DNA of 64,000 nucleotides, from assembly GCA_964658305.1 (NCBI GenBank), contig OZ210885.1, positions 1,240,001 to 1,304,000 on the forward strand, in the 5' to 3' direction. Shown piece by piece: positions 27,673-39,769 of the stretch (positions within the stretch are counted from its first letter, which is position 1; each line of letters starts with the position of its first letter). A program made the position numbers and the translations under genes. The stretch comes from Leptogorgia sarmentosa (Eukaryota). The notes beneath the pieces are model-generated. The model did no database searches. It worked only from the letters and a program-made list of their open reading frames with translations, and had not been told where the DNA came from.

Positions 27673-29732
27673 TTAGACGTCGCGTCGGGTTTTCCAAATC
27701 TGGCTACGAACAACCGGCCCCGGCATTGTTACACCTAGTGCGGGCTGATTCAGGCTCAAAAATGTTGTTCAATATTGAACAATGTGGGCAGCACAACATT
27801 GTTTAGTCCTGTTTTCGTCAATCCTGAACAGGTTGATCATTTTTTGTCATTGTAGATCAGAGATTACTCTGTGGTGTTATAATAACAATGACCCAGTACT
27901 TCATGTTGCTAGATTATAGCTGCACTAATAAGTTGAATGTTATCGTAGTACATTAGTAAGACGAGCGAAGGGTTGCTGCATGTATGTATTTCTAGTTAAT
28001 GTTTGTTATCACAACGGGGAATTCCCTAAATATACTCTTCGCAATATAATATGTAAATAGGCATGTTTTAAAGCTACCAGCAGTGACTCCATGTTTGTCA
28101 AAACTAATAAAATCATTCACTAATAAAACGGCAATTATAGCATTTGATATATTAGCGTTTTTTACCTTTCCCGAATTGGAAATTTTGGTTTTAACATTTC
28201 CGGCAAAACATTACAGTGAATTATATTGATTGATTTATATTCAAGAATTTTTTGTCTTCTATATAATTATATACAAATTTATGTAAATTGGGGAATGTTT
28301 ATACTCTCATAGGGATCGTTTGACATCACCGTCAATTTTCTCGCAGGTATCCCCGACAAGGTCTGGACATGAATTAATTATACGATGGGGCAGCTCTAAG
28401 TCTTGTGCCCTTACTGGGTGAAGTGCTATCGTTCAGGGCTAATTCATTTACTTTACTATGGGCGTGTTTATATTGCTACGAAGTGTTTAATATACGTCTT
28501 GACGTACCGAAACTGAAATTTGATGTGCGCCTTACATATAGTGAAATTGAAATCTTATATACAGCGACGACATTAGGCAACAGATGTATTAATGTATCGA
28601 AGATCATCCTGCACTGGAGCAAGTAAATTATTCACACATGCGTATATTCGCATATTCGCTACCAAACACAGGGTTGCCGCTACAGTAACTGAAATTTAAC
28701 CATGCAATAACTCTGTATATGTCACTATAATTATGTATAGTGAATGAGGAAGTGAAACAGCACACCTTAACAAGTTTGGCCGGCACATAGCTAGTTTTCA
28801 GTGATTCGTCAATGAATCCAGTTAGTTTTTATTGCATATTTCGTTCACACATGCTATTTTGACAAAGCTTTTCAGTTAAAAGCTTTCAGTTTTCTATTAC
28901 TAGCTTCGAAGAATGCATGATCGCCTTCACCCTGCATGATCGCCATCGGTTATGTGGGCCACAGAGGAAGTACATGCAATTGTTTTCCTTTTAGTTTGTA
29001 TTTCAGACATTGAACGCCAGATTAATCTATCTCTTTAGTTCTCTTAATTCCTGAAAAGAGTTACTAGCTATTGCAAATTCAACATCCTTGTGAGATTCCA
29101 TTTCAATTAATAAATTGGGCTGTTTAACACGACCCGAGATTAGATCAAGCAACCGATTTGAAAATACGTGTTGCAGCGGAAATTTAAATATAATATATAC
29201 GCAATAAAAAACTAAATAATAATTATGTCCATGATGAACGATTTACAGAAGGGTCTGTACTACACATATGATCTATCTTCATCAAATACACATTGTAAAA
29301 ACCTTACCTTTTTTCAGTAGGTGTTTAGTTATTTAATTAAATTACACACAATAATTTCAATTCTCGACATACTTCGTCCTGAAACTGGTTCATAATATAT
29401 TTGTGTTAAAGAACTGACACTTCCGCATTCTGCTCATGCGCATTCATGAGCTTATCATGCGCATGATTGACATCGGGGTTAGAAATTCTTATATTATCAC
29501 TTTTGATCTCCTGGATTCTGCGACATATCAAACAAGTATCAAACAAGTCATAACGAACAATCAATCATAATAGAAAAATTCAATCTGAAAAGAACACTTG
29601 TGTACACAAGTGCATATTTAGGGTTAAATATTTATGTTATAACATTTTATGTTATAGGATAATATATACATAAAAGTATTACTCGACTGTGATTGGTTCA
29701 TTTGAGTACAGCAAGGGCGGATACAAAATATA

Positions 29733-29776
<44 letters not shown>

Positions 29777-29807
29777 CAATTTTATTAAATTATCTTAAAA
29801 CAAATTT

Positions 29808-29856
29808 ATCGCTACTTAAAGTTTCATGCCAGTATCTCTGACAATCTTCAGGCGAT
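29808..29856 (-). ncRNA. Minimal type I hammerhead ribozyme (PLE 3' end)
   Basis: Exact reverse complement of 33458-33506. Confidence 0.85.
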
Positions 29857-29922
29857 TAAAATTCAGTTGAATATGATTACGTGATGAGTGAGTTTAAAAA
29901 GGTTAAGCGCGCGCAGATGGAG

Positions 29923-31858
29923 TTATGGATTGCGCGCGCGCCTAAATTTTCCTGCACAAAACTTCTCGCGGTGGCGGCACTTCGCGAAGATTTCCGATCG
30001 TTTGTTCAACAATTTGGTTGCATTGCCTTGCATCAGGCACAACTTCTCCTCGATACAGAGATTGCATCGCTTTCTTCCAGGTGAAAAGGCGGGTGCGCGC
30101 TTCAATATGGACCACGAAACTGAGTAGTCTTTTTTGTTTTTCTTTAATTTCCATATATATTTCGACAATTCCGTTTCCTTTTCATATTTTTCATTGTTGA
30201 ATGACTTCTTGTGGTTGTTGAATCTTTCCTTGAACGAATTTGCCGTCATTCCGATGTATTCTTTCCTATCTCCAGTATCACAAGTTGAAACTTCGGCTTT
30301 ATAAACGATGCTAGCGGATAAACAATTTCTGTTCATTGGGCACTCGGAGGGTTTTCTACAGTTACAATTATTCTGGTTTGGTGTTGTTTTGGATTTTGAT
30401 AGGATTTTGTGGTTGTGTCGAGATATAATGCTCTTCATGTTGGGCATACAGCTGTAACTAACTTTTACCGTATTACGATTGAACAGCTTGTGTAGAGGAT
30501 TTGCGGTTGGGAAGTGCTTGTCGAGGAGTTGTAAGATGCTTCGTGCGATGTTTGTTTTTACAGATTTACTGAACGGTGGATTATACCAGATGATATTCCT
30601 TTGGCGTCTGCGTTTCGTGGTGGATGATATTGTTGTGGGGTTACAATTGGAGTATTCTAAAGGAACGTTGTAATTACTGTGTGTAAGTGCGTGTTCGTAA
30701 AATGGTTTACATGAATCGAAGGATTGCTGGTCGGATGAGAGTGAGGAGAGTCGCTGGTTTACTGATTTTGGGATTTGTCTTATTACGGAGGGAGGGTGGT
30801 TTGATTTGCTGTTTACGTATAGTGGATTGTTGTTTGCTTTTCTGAAAGGAGCGAAATTACCGTTGTTTAAATTTAATGTGATATCCAAGAAGTTAACTAG
30901 TTGGTGGTTGACTTGAGCTGTAATTTTTAAGCCGATTTGTTGGAAAACATCATGCAGCATCTTTCTAGTGATATCAGCGTTACGTCCGTTTGTGCCTTTT
31001 ATCAAAGCTAGACCATCGTCTCGGTACAGACCAACATATTCGTTACCAAGCTTTTCTGAAAGCTTATCTAAGATGAATAGGACAACCAATTCGCATATCT
31101 CCGCTCCGTCATAGCTCCCCATAGTTACGTCGAACATCGATTCGGTACATCGTTTAATCCAAGGTGTATTTCCGCTAAACAGGAGGGACTTGCGTGCATG
31201 TTTAATGATGGATATCTCCTCGTCTGTGATATGTGTTAAAGATTTTGCCCACTCAATGACACGGTCAAGAAGTATCTCTGCATGTGATTGAAGGGTAAAA
31301 TTCTACTATATCAAATGAAAGAAACGTATGGTTTGGTTTGTCTTGGATTTTTTTGAACCACTCGATAACTGAATGAGAGTTTTTCCATTGGTTGAGACGT
31401 AATCTAGATCTGATGTTGTCGTTTATCCGGTCAAGAATGACTTTACTAACTTTTCCGAGTTCGCTCTTTGCAGGATTTATGAGGCGGCATTTGAGATTGG
31501 TTGGAAAGTTTTCTTTATGATCTTTTATTGTTACGAATGCATTTGGTTGAGCCATGATATCGATGCGGTTACCGATTGAAAGATGATTACTGATGTCCCT
31601 CAGTTCCTCATTAATATCGTCAGTTGCTTTGTTGTCGCCGATTTTATATGATTTCGTAATGTTCTCTTGTAGGAGTTTGTTGTAGTTTTCAGGACTAATT
31701 TCATACATATTAGTTGTTTTATCGGCAAAAACAAACACGTTCTTGGATGAATTGACTTTCTGCATATCTCTGTCTACTTTTTTGAGAAATGGATCATTTA
31801 CATTTCGGAAGGTAATGTTGGAAATTAAAGAGACAAGATCATCTTCGAATTCTTTCAT
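29923..31858 (-). pseudogene. PLE reverse transcriptase/GIY-YIG endonuclease ORF, 5'-truncated and frameshifted
   Basis: RT motifs, CNC-x5-CP-x4-CL linker and GIY-YIG motifs. The frameshift is absent from the sister copy. Confidence 0.85.
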
Positions 31859-31894
31859 TTCTTTAATTGGTGGTGCACTTCTTTTGGACGGTAA

Positions 31895-33391
31895 AACGAC
31901 AACATCAGATCTAGATTACGTCTCAACCAATGGAAAAACTCTCATTCAGTTATCGAGTGGTTCAAAAAAATCCAAGACAAACCAAACCATACGTTTCTTT
32001 CATTTGATATAGTAGAATTTTACCCTTCAATCACAGAGATACTTCTTGACCGTGTCATTGAGTGGGCAAAATCTTTAACACATATCACAGACGAGGAGAT
32101 ATCCATCATTAAACATGCACGCAAGTCCCTCCTGTTTAGCGGAAATACACCTTGGATTAAACGATGTACCGAATCGATGTTCGACGTAACTATGGGGAGC
32201 TATGACGGAGCGGAGATATGCGAATTGGTTGTCCTATTCATCTTAGATAAGCTTTCAGAAAAGCTTGGTAACGAATATGTTGGTCTGTACCGAGACGATG
32301 GTCTAGCTTTGATAAAAGGCACAAACGGACGTAACGCTGATATCACTAGAAAGATGCTGCATGATGTTTTCCAACAAATCGGCTTAAAAATTACAGCTCA
32401 AGTCAACCACCAACTAGTTAACTTCTTGGATATCACATTAAATTTAAACAACGGTAATTTCGCTCCTTTCAGAAAAGCAAACAACAATCCACTATACGTA
32501 AACAGCAAATCAAACCACCCTCCCTCCGTAATAAGACAAATCCCAAAATCAGTAAACCAGCGACTCTCCTCACTCTCATCCGACCAGCAATCCTTCGATT
32601 CATGTAAACCATTTTACGAACACGCACTTACACACAGTAATTACAACGTTCCTTTAGAATACTCCAATTGTAACCCCACAACAATATCATCCACCACGAA
32701 ACGCAGACGCCAAAGGAATATCATCTGGTATAATCCACCGTTCAGTAAATCTGTAAAAACAAACATCGCACGAAGCTTCTTACAACTCCTCGACAAGCAC
32801 TTCCCAACCGCAAATCCTCTACACAAGCTGTTCAATCGTAATACGGTAAAAGTTAGTTACAGCTGTATGCCCAACATGAAGAGCATTATATCTCGACACA
32901 ACCACAAAATCCTATCAAAATCCAAAACAACACCAAACCAGAATAATTGTAACTGTAGAAAACCCTCCGAGTGCCCAATGAACAGAAATTGTTTATCCGC
33001 TAGCATCGTTTATAAAGCCGAAGTTTCAACTTGTGATACTGGAGATAGGAAAGAATACATCGGAATGACGGCAAATTCGTTCAAGGAAAGATTCAACAAC
33101 CACAAGAAGTCATTCAACAATGAAAAATATGAAAAGGAAACGGAATTGTCGAAATATATATGGAAATTAAAGAAAAACAAAAAAGACTACTCAGTTTCGT
33201 GGTCCATATTGAAGCGCGCACCCGCCTTTTCACCTGGAAGAAAGCGATGCAATCTCTGTATCGAGGAGAAGTTGTGCCTGATGCAAGGCAATGCAACCAA
33301 ATTGTTGAACAAACGATCGGAAATCTTCGCGAAGTGCCGCCACCGCGAGAAGTTTTGTGCAGGAAAATTTAGGCGCGCGCGCAATCCATAA
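31895..33391 (+). CDS. PLE RT (partial) + GIY-YIG endonuclease; open frame but 5'-truncated (first ATG 32177)
   Basis: The frame is open from NDNIRSRLRLNQWKNS through SFDIVEFYPSI, MGSYDGAE, YRDDG, NIIWYNPPFS and YIGMT to the stop at 33391. Confidence 0.8.
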   Translation, partial: NDNIRSRLRLNQWKNSHSVIEWFKKIQDKPNHTFLSFDIVEFYPSITEILLDRVIEWAKSLTHITDEEISIIKHARKSLLFSGNTPWIKRCTESMFDVTMGSYDGAEICELVVLFILDKLSEKLGNEYVGLYRDDGLALIKGTNGRNADITRKMLHDVFQQIGLKITAQVNHQLVNFLDITLNLNNGNFAPFRKANNNPLYVNSKSNHPPSVIRQIPKSVNQRLSSLSSDQQSFDSCKPFYEHALTHSNYNVPLEYSNCNPTTISSTTKRRRQRNIIWYNPPFSKSVKTNIARSFLQLLDKHFPTANPLHKLFNRNTVKVSYSCMPNMKSIISRHNHKILSKSKTTPNQNNCNCRKPSECPMNRNCLSASIVYKAEVSTCDTGDRKEYIGMTANSFKERFNNHKKSFNNEKYEKETELSKYIWKLKKNKKDYSVSWSILKRAPAFSPGRKRCNLCIEEKLCLMQGNATKLLNKRSEIFAKCRHREKFCAGKFRRARNP

Positions 33392-33457
33392 CTCCATCTG
33401 CGCGCGCTTAACCTTTTTAAACTCACTCATCACGTAATCATATTCAACTGAATTTTA

Positions 33458-33506
33458 ATCGCCTGAAGATTGTCAGAGATACTGGCATGAAACTTTAAGT
33501 AGCGAT
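33458..33506 (+). ncRNA. Minimal type I hammerhead ribozyme (PLE 3' end)
   Basis: Stem I ATCGC/GCGAT; core CTGAAGA; stem II TGTCAG-AGATA-CTGGCA; GAAA; short near-palindromic stem III ACTTTAAGT; cleavage triplet GTA (33499-33501). Confidence 0.88.
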
Positions 33507-35601
33507 AAATTTGTTTTAAGATAATTTAATAAAATTGTTATATATATATATATATATATATATAGTTTTTCCGCACTTGTTGATGGTTGAGGCATGCAGG
33601 AAAGCGGGTTGACATTTCACCCTATTCACCCCCCCCCCACCCCTCCCTCACCCGCCCCTGTACAGTTAATCCCAATTAAATCAGTGACATTTTCAGTAAT
33701 CACACTTTCAACCAATCAAATTAGAGTTCAACCAGCGACAGGCGACATTTCCGACGAGAGACCTCAAATTCTCCAAAATGTTTCACTCCTAGCCCCCTAG
33801 AGCCCCCCCCCCCCACTGTTACCGTGTTCCTACGCCCAGCTCGAGTAATACCTATTGCACTATCATGTAAAATATGTACAAAGGAGAGAATGGCTGCAGG
33901 ACTGGCTATTTCACATTTAACATTCACACTTGGCTTCAGTCTTCACATTTATAAACTGCTAAGAATAGATCTTGTCTTATCCCAATATCAGATCTACGCA
34001 GCATATATACCATTTCTCCTGATGATTTTACTATCATCTCTTCCTCACGTTCTTCTCTTGTTCTTTTGATGAGAGAAAGCCTTCTCATTGCCAAACACAA
34101 ACCTTCCGATCCCTTAATGAGAACATTAGATCTATTCCTCTTACACTTTTTTTGATGTCGAGTGTTTTGTGAGGGGTCCTGAATGGGAAGAATATTGTAT
34201 TTCAGTTATATAATTACAGTATATCTAGTTGACAATGCAGGTAGGTATTTTTGTTAATTATTTAGGCATTTTTAATATTTTACGGCCGGAAATATGCAAT
34301 TAACTCAATTAATCAGGAAAACTGTAAAACCTTGACCTTTGAGAAGCCGAATGGGGATGGTTATCATTAGAAGATCAATTCATTGTACTTGCATGTTAGC
34401 ACTTGTTGTCATATTATACAAATTATATGCTGGCATGTCTAGTACTTATTCTAATGAAGTGTTTCAGGCCTGAATCTGTCTGACACTTGAACAAGCTCAT
34501 TAATTTTTTTGCCTGCCATCTTACTGCATATATAACAATTATATAATTATGTCCTGAACGTCTTCATTGAATGGGGGTTCGACTGTATTTGTTTCTGAAA
34601 ACTGAAACTGAATCGCTCCTTGTTATGAAGTCGCGTTTGAGAGGCAGTTGAAGTTAATAAGTAGCATTAAAATACATCAACTTTGAAAACAAAAGCGATG
34701 AAATACAAAACAATAAACACAATTAAAATGGCGGCGCGTTTGTCATCAATTATGGTGTAGAGACCAGTTATTCGCAGCCCGTTTTTTAATTTCGAATTTG
34801 GTGTTTAATCCAAAGCTGCGCTCGAGTGAGAAAATACGGTATTTAAAATTCGAACTATAAATATGACCTTAATTAATTAATATGATTAGACAATATGCCT
34901 GATTAATTCGTTAATTACCCCATATGCCAGACGGCATATCCGCGGAAAAATCTGGACGACCTTTAACAATCTACATAGATTTCACTTTAATTTGGTAACT
35001 GAAAAATTTATTCTTTCCAAAGCCCGTTCAGATTTGTACAAATGAATTATTTCGTATTTTCAATCGCCTTATAACAAATGCAAGAATGATACTTAATCTA
35101 AAGTTTAAGTGTTTCGCAATAGCTTACACAGTCCAGATTTTTGTGCGATACAACACTATTTAATATTATTTGTGTGTCTAAATTTCTGCTTCAGGCTAAG
35201 GCCAACATTAGAATACTGCTTCTTAGCTTTACTGCTTCTAAGCTTACAGATAAAATTGTGATGCTGGACCCCCATCTATTAAAAATTCTTCAAAACTTTA
35301 TGCAATCCTATTTCATGCAGTCTTTTAAGATCAATACGCAAGTATAAAAGCAGTGGAGTAATACAAACTCAATTTTATCAAAATCTGGAATCATTTATTG
35401 ATAGTGACTTCCTGTTTCGACTGAACATTAATTTAACCTGATATAATGAAATAACAATTAAAAGCATGCACAACTCATTAAGGCTGGAAAATCTCTAGCT
35501 TGTTCTAGTAAGCTATTAGCTATGCGTCATTCCTAACTCGATATTCTTTAGACTGACTGCTATAACTCCTGCATCATTTTATTTATTTGTTTACCATAAC
35601 T

Positions 35602-36071
35602 TCCCTGTAAATGTGAACATTCACAAATAGTTTTGATTGCCTTGTTTGTTCTTTTGTTTTGCTTTGTTTTGGATTGTTATTCTATGATGTTGATGTTGAT
35701 AATCCTATATTAGACACATATTTTCAATTTCCAATTTCCAAAATTGCACAAAACCAAAAGTCAGTGCACTGTTGACGTGATTGTGGGTCAGTTTTTTATA
35801 GGGCATAATTAATTTCTTTAGGGATGAACTTGCTAAAATAACGTAAATTTTAAAAAAATCATAAAACCATAGTCTCATCAACATACACTGACTTTTGGTT
35901 AGGTCTAAGTAATTGTGAAAATTGAAAATATGTGTCTAATAATGATGATCAACATCGTAGATTGGTTGATTATTGTACGTCAATATACAACAATGCAAAA
36001 CAAAGCAAAACAAAAGAACAAACAATTATAAGGCAGTCAAAACTACTTGTGAATCTTCAGATTTACAGGGA
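35602..36071. mobile_element. Degenerate fold-back element/MITE
   Basis: TCCCTGTAAAT...TTCACAA...TTAGACACATATTTTCAATTT...CCAAAAGTCAGTG is mirrored by CACTGACTTTTGG...AAATTGAAAATATGTGTCTAA...ATTTACAGGGA. Confidence 0.7.
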
Positions 36072-39000
36072 GAATACGGCGTTTGAAAAGAAACTCCGGC
36101 ATACAGTAGCCAGTAGCCTCGGCCCAGTCCGCTCCTCATGACCAGGAAGACAGGAACTCTGTCATCCTTTGGAGGACTCTCATTCCAATATAGGTTTTCC
36201 TAAAATGCAGCAGACCTAAAGTGTGTATAATTTTTGTCATATTTCTTCGTTGGGTGTCTTTCAATTTAAAGTAAGTAACATTTGATATTGGCTAGACGCA
36301 TTCCCGACATTGAGAAAATATCAGTTCGAAATTTTTTTTCGTCCTCGTTTGAAAACCGATAAATATTATGATGTTATCAGAATATTCTCAACGCCTGGTC
36401 TATATCATTGTTCACAAGTCGGCCAGACACCACCTGTGCATGGATCCACATTAAGCTAGTTTTCCATTTCACCCAAATTGTGCCGAAACGTAGCGTATGT
36501 CTTTGTTTCCTGAGCGTTGAAGTGGATCTTAATCACCTAATGTCTTCGACACAAAAGAAATTAAGAAAATGCTCCGTTACGATAGGAAACGTTTGAAGTG
36601 GAAAACGGCGTTTGCTCTTATTGCATTGATAATTTTTTAAGAGGTGAAGAGCAGTTAGAGAATATAGTAATAATGCATACAGGGACAAATATACCGACTG
36701 TCCAATTAAAGTCATGCGTAAGGGATGCTGAGATCTTGATCACGACAGTTTACGTTGAAACATCGAAGTCGAATTGCAACACAAATTTATATTAAGTTTT
36801 GTTTTTCATCAATAACAAGCAGAATGAGCAGATCACACATTCTCACAATACAACAAAAACACCTCCCAACCTTTAATTACCTGTAATTGATAACTGTCAA
36901 CTTAAACATTACACTTATAGTACATAAATTGTCTCTAGCCATTTCATGGATTGCCGACAGTGCATTTTGTAAGATACTAGATCATACACTGTATGGGTAC
37001 GGCCGTACAGGGGTGAAAACGGGGGTGAAACTAATGCGTTAATTTGTTTGAAATGAACGTAAAGACAAAGTGATTTCAAAACAGTCAGACAAAGCACGAA
37101 CACACTAACCACCAACCCCCTCCTAATTTCGCCCTCAAGGTTGTAAAATGTTAGTATTGTCTCGAACTGACAGTTTCATTGAGGCGGCCAGGGATCTAAA
37201 TAAATCATTAAAAAAAACAGCGGGATTTGACAAATATATACCGTGATAAAATTGCTACAGTTCCTGTTTATCCAATTATAGCTTTATATCATAATTGTTG
37301 CTCTATTCTTGGTTAATAATGCTTTCGGTCAAATCATATGGCTATCTGTAATAATTGTAGGCATACCATGAGCAACGTACACGTCGCGACGTCTTACAAA
37401 TACCAGACATACAATACTTGCTTCATTCATAACACTCATAGAACAACACGCTACACATGAACTGCATCGAAGAGCTTATATTCAAGTACTATCATGTCTA
37501 CCAATAGGAAATTCTTCATCTATTGCGTCTGTATTGTTTTGGTGTGGTTTCCCTTGAGCTGTTGTAGCACCAAGGCACGATGTGGTGCTGCAGTATGGTA
37601 TAACTGCGGTAGTAGAAAAAACGCAAAGAAGGTAAAGATGCTTCTTAACCAGACTCCTGAATGCAAAATTAGTCAGACAACACACTACAAAATATCACAT
37701 GCTCTGTGTGGATATGATGAACAAACTAGTTTTTAACTAGGCATGCGATGGTTGATGATTCTGGGGTAAAATCATTGTGCGGCGTCATGGCCACTGGTAA
37801 GCCATGCGTCAAGTCAGTACAGTGTTTAATAATTCATTTGATAAAACTGCAATAACACTTGAGAATAAAAAACATTCAAACATTGCATGAATATAACGTA
37901 TACGTAGCTCAAATCGAAAAATATGATCATAGCTAACTGTTGACATTGCTATCTATCCAATTATGTATGATGTAGAGGCTATTCCTCACGCTGGTATATT
38001 TTCAGAAAATCGGCCAAATTGCTCCCCAAATTCCGCAAATGACACACTCATTCAAAAATGATATGTGAAAAAAGTTTGAAAGTTTTCCTCACGTGATTAA
38101 TTGTTGCAGTCAACCATGCAAAAATGGCTGCTTAGCCTATTGATACTTCGTAGAACGTCTTACATAAAATCTTAGTCAAGAGTGGTATCTGTGGATACAT
38201 CACTTGCGTTCCACTGAGTGTGATTGAGTGCGGCAAACGCTGCTAATCGTCTTGATGGTGTTCGGTAGCGCCACTTTTTGAAAAAACACTTTTGATCTTC
38301 GTTAGTCTGTGTTATTTTTCTATACATGTAGCTATATGAGAAGTAACATGCATGGCCATACATGCTGAAATGTTTCTCTGTTTTCTGGGAGAGAGGGAGA
38401 GAGACAGCCTGCACTGCAGGGCTAAAAAAAGGAAACCTGCCTCCTTTCATGCCACAACTTGCACACGTTGCTGTGTACAGCAAGCTTGACTGGTTCAGTT
38501 TAACCAGTCTATATTGGTCTTGCCAAACAGAATTGTTTTAACTGAGCTTCGACAGTTTTTGAGTTATTTTGTGAGCATTTTATCCCGGTTTTGCCATTTG
38601 GTGTCTAAAATATTTTAGCGTTTCTATTTTAGCCTAATAAGTTATACCTCTAAAATGGAAACTGCTATTTGCTTAATTTGGCTGGGAAAATGGGGTTCCA
38701 TGCAATGGGACTGGGATTCATCAGGCAAAAGACAATAGAAAATGGGATTAACATGAATTTAAGTAGGACAGCCATTTTGGGACGATTGGATTGGTGCTTA
38801 GTCAAAATCTGGCTTGGGAAATGGGAATAGGGACCCTTCAGGATCCTCTTACTGGACATCTTTGTTTTCATAAGATTTTAAATGAACGAGACACTATGGG
38901 ATGAGTGAACCAAAATTTCAAAAATCTATTTCGAAAACGTTCCACCGCATGCAAAGAAACGACATAGGAATTAGGAAACACCAATTTTGAGCATTTCTGG

Positions 39001-39769
39001 ATGAATTCATACATATGTGGTATTCAAATACCTGTACTGCAAATGCTTGCACTTATTTATTGTATGAATACCAATTGAAAGTTGAGAAATAGAATTTAAT
39101 ATATAATTTTGGCACCATAAAGCACGGTTTTAGTGCAAACTAACCACCACGAAGACGTCAACATTTCAGTTTTAAGCGCGTGCATGCATCTATACTTTTA
39201 ATTACATCTCAAAGGATTTATTTTTTAAACCCCCGTTAATATAAAGTGTAGATGTGTGGGGCACGATTACTTTGTATCTCCCTAATGAAATATTTCTGAC
39301 CTTTAGAATTACAAATTTAAATAATTATTGGATATATTTGGGGATTTTTTCTAGTCTCAAGGAACGACAACAAAGAAAACAGTTGGACAGCAACGTGTGC
39401 TAAAAAATCCGAAGAAAGTATCATGGAGAAAAGTGAACAAACGAAAGCCAAAACAACAAACCCCAACAGATTAAAAAACCCGCGAAAATGTGAAATACTT
39501 GATTGCGTAATTTGTCTGGCTTAATTTAGTCAATCCCGCGTGAAAACGATTGTATCTTTAGTTTGGAGTATAGCTAATTATTCCGCGGGAGTGGTACTTT
39601 AGTATATATGGGTACAAGGACATGCATATGCGGATTTTATGTCAACGTTCAAATGACAAGAAGAACTGTTTACTTTTCTATAAAGGTTCCCTGTCCATTA
39701 TGATAAATGCATGTTATTGGGGAATTACATCCTTTTATAACTGTTTACTCTCTATATACACTGTATTAA

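Larger units (their letters stand above)
29776..31885 (-). mobile_element. Penelope-like retroelement (Naiad-type RT + C-terminal GIY-YIG), 5'-truncated, frameshifted copy
   Basis: ORFs 31858-31265 (CRLINPAKSELGKVSK, SFDIVEFYPSI) and 31137-29923 (MGSYDGAE, YRDDG, IVYKA...YIGMT...FKERFNNH) are separated by a 4-bp insertion near 31281. The 3' end abuts (TA)20 at 29736-29775. Confidence 0.92.
31894..33538 (+). mobile_element. Penelope-like retroelement, second more-truncated copy in inverted orientation
   Basis: Near-identical reverse complement of 29776-31424. The 3' end abuts (TA)13 at 33539-33564. Confidence 0.92.

Noticed and set aside
29923..33391. Selenoprotein-type Naiad (in-frame UGA + SECIS)
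   Set aside because: No in-frame TGA in the visible ORF; the Cys positions are ordinary codons and the stop is TAA.
29923..33391. Bacterial retron, group II intron or DGR reverse transcriptase
   Set aside because: The MGSYDGAE/YRDDG RT with C-terminal GIY-YIG, a hammerhead and (TA)n flanks fits a Penelope-like element.
37482..37736. Short Cys-containing ORFs on both strands
   Set aside because: No convincing domain or exon chain could be built.
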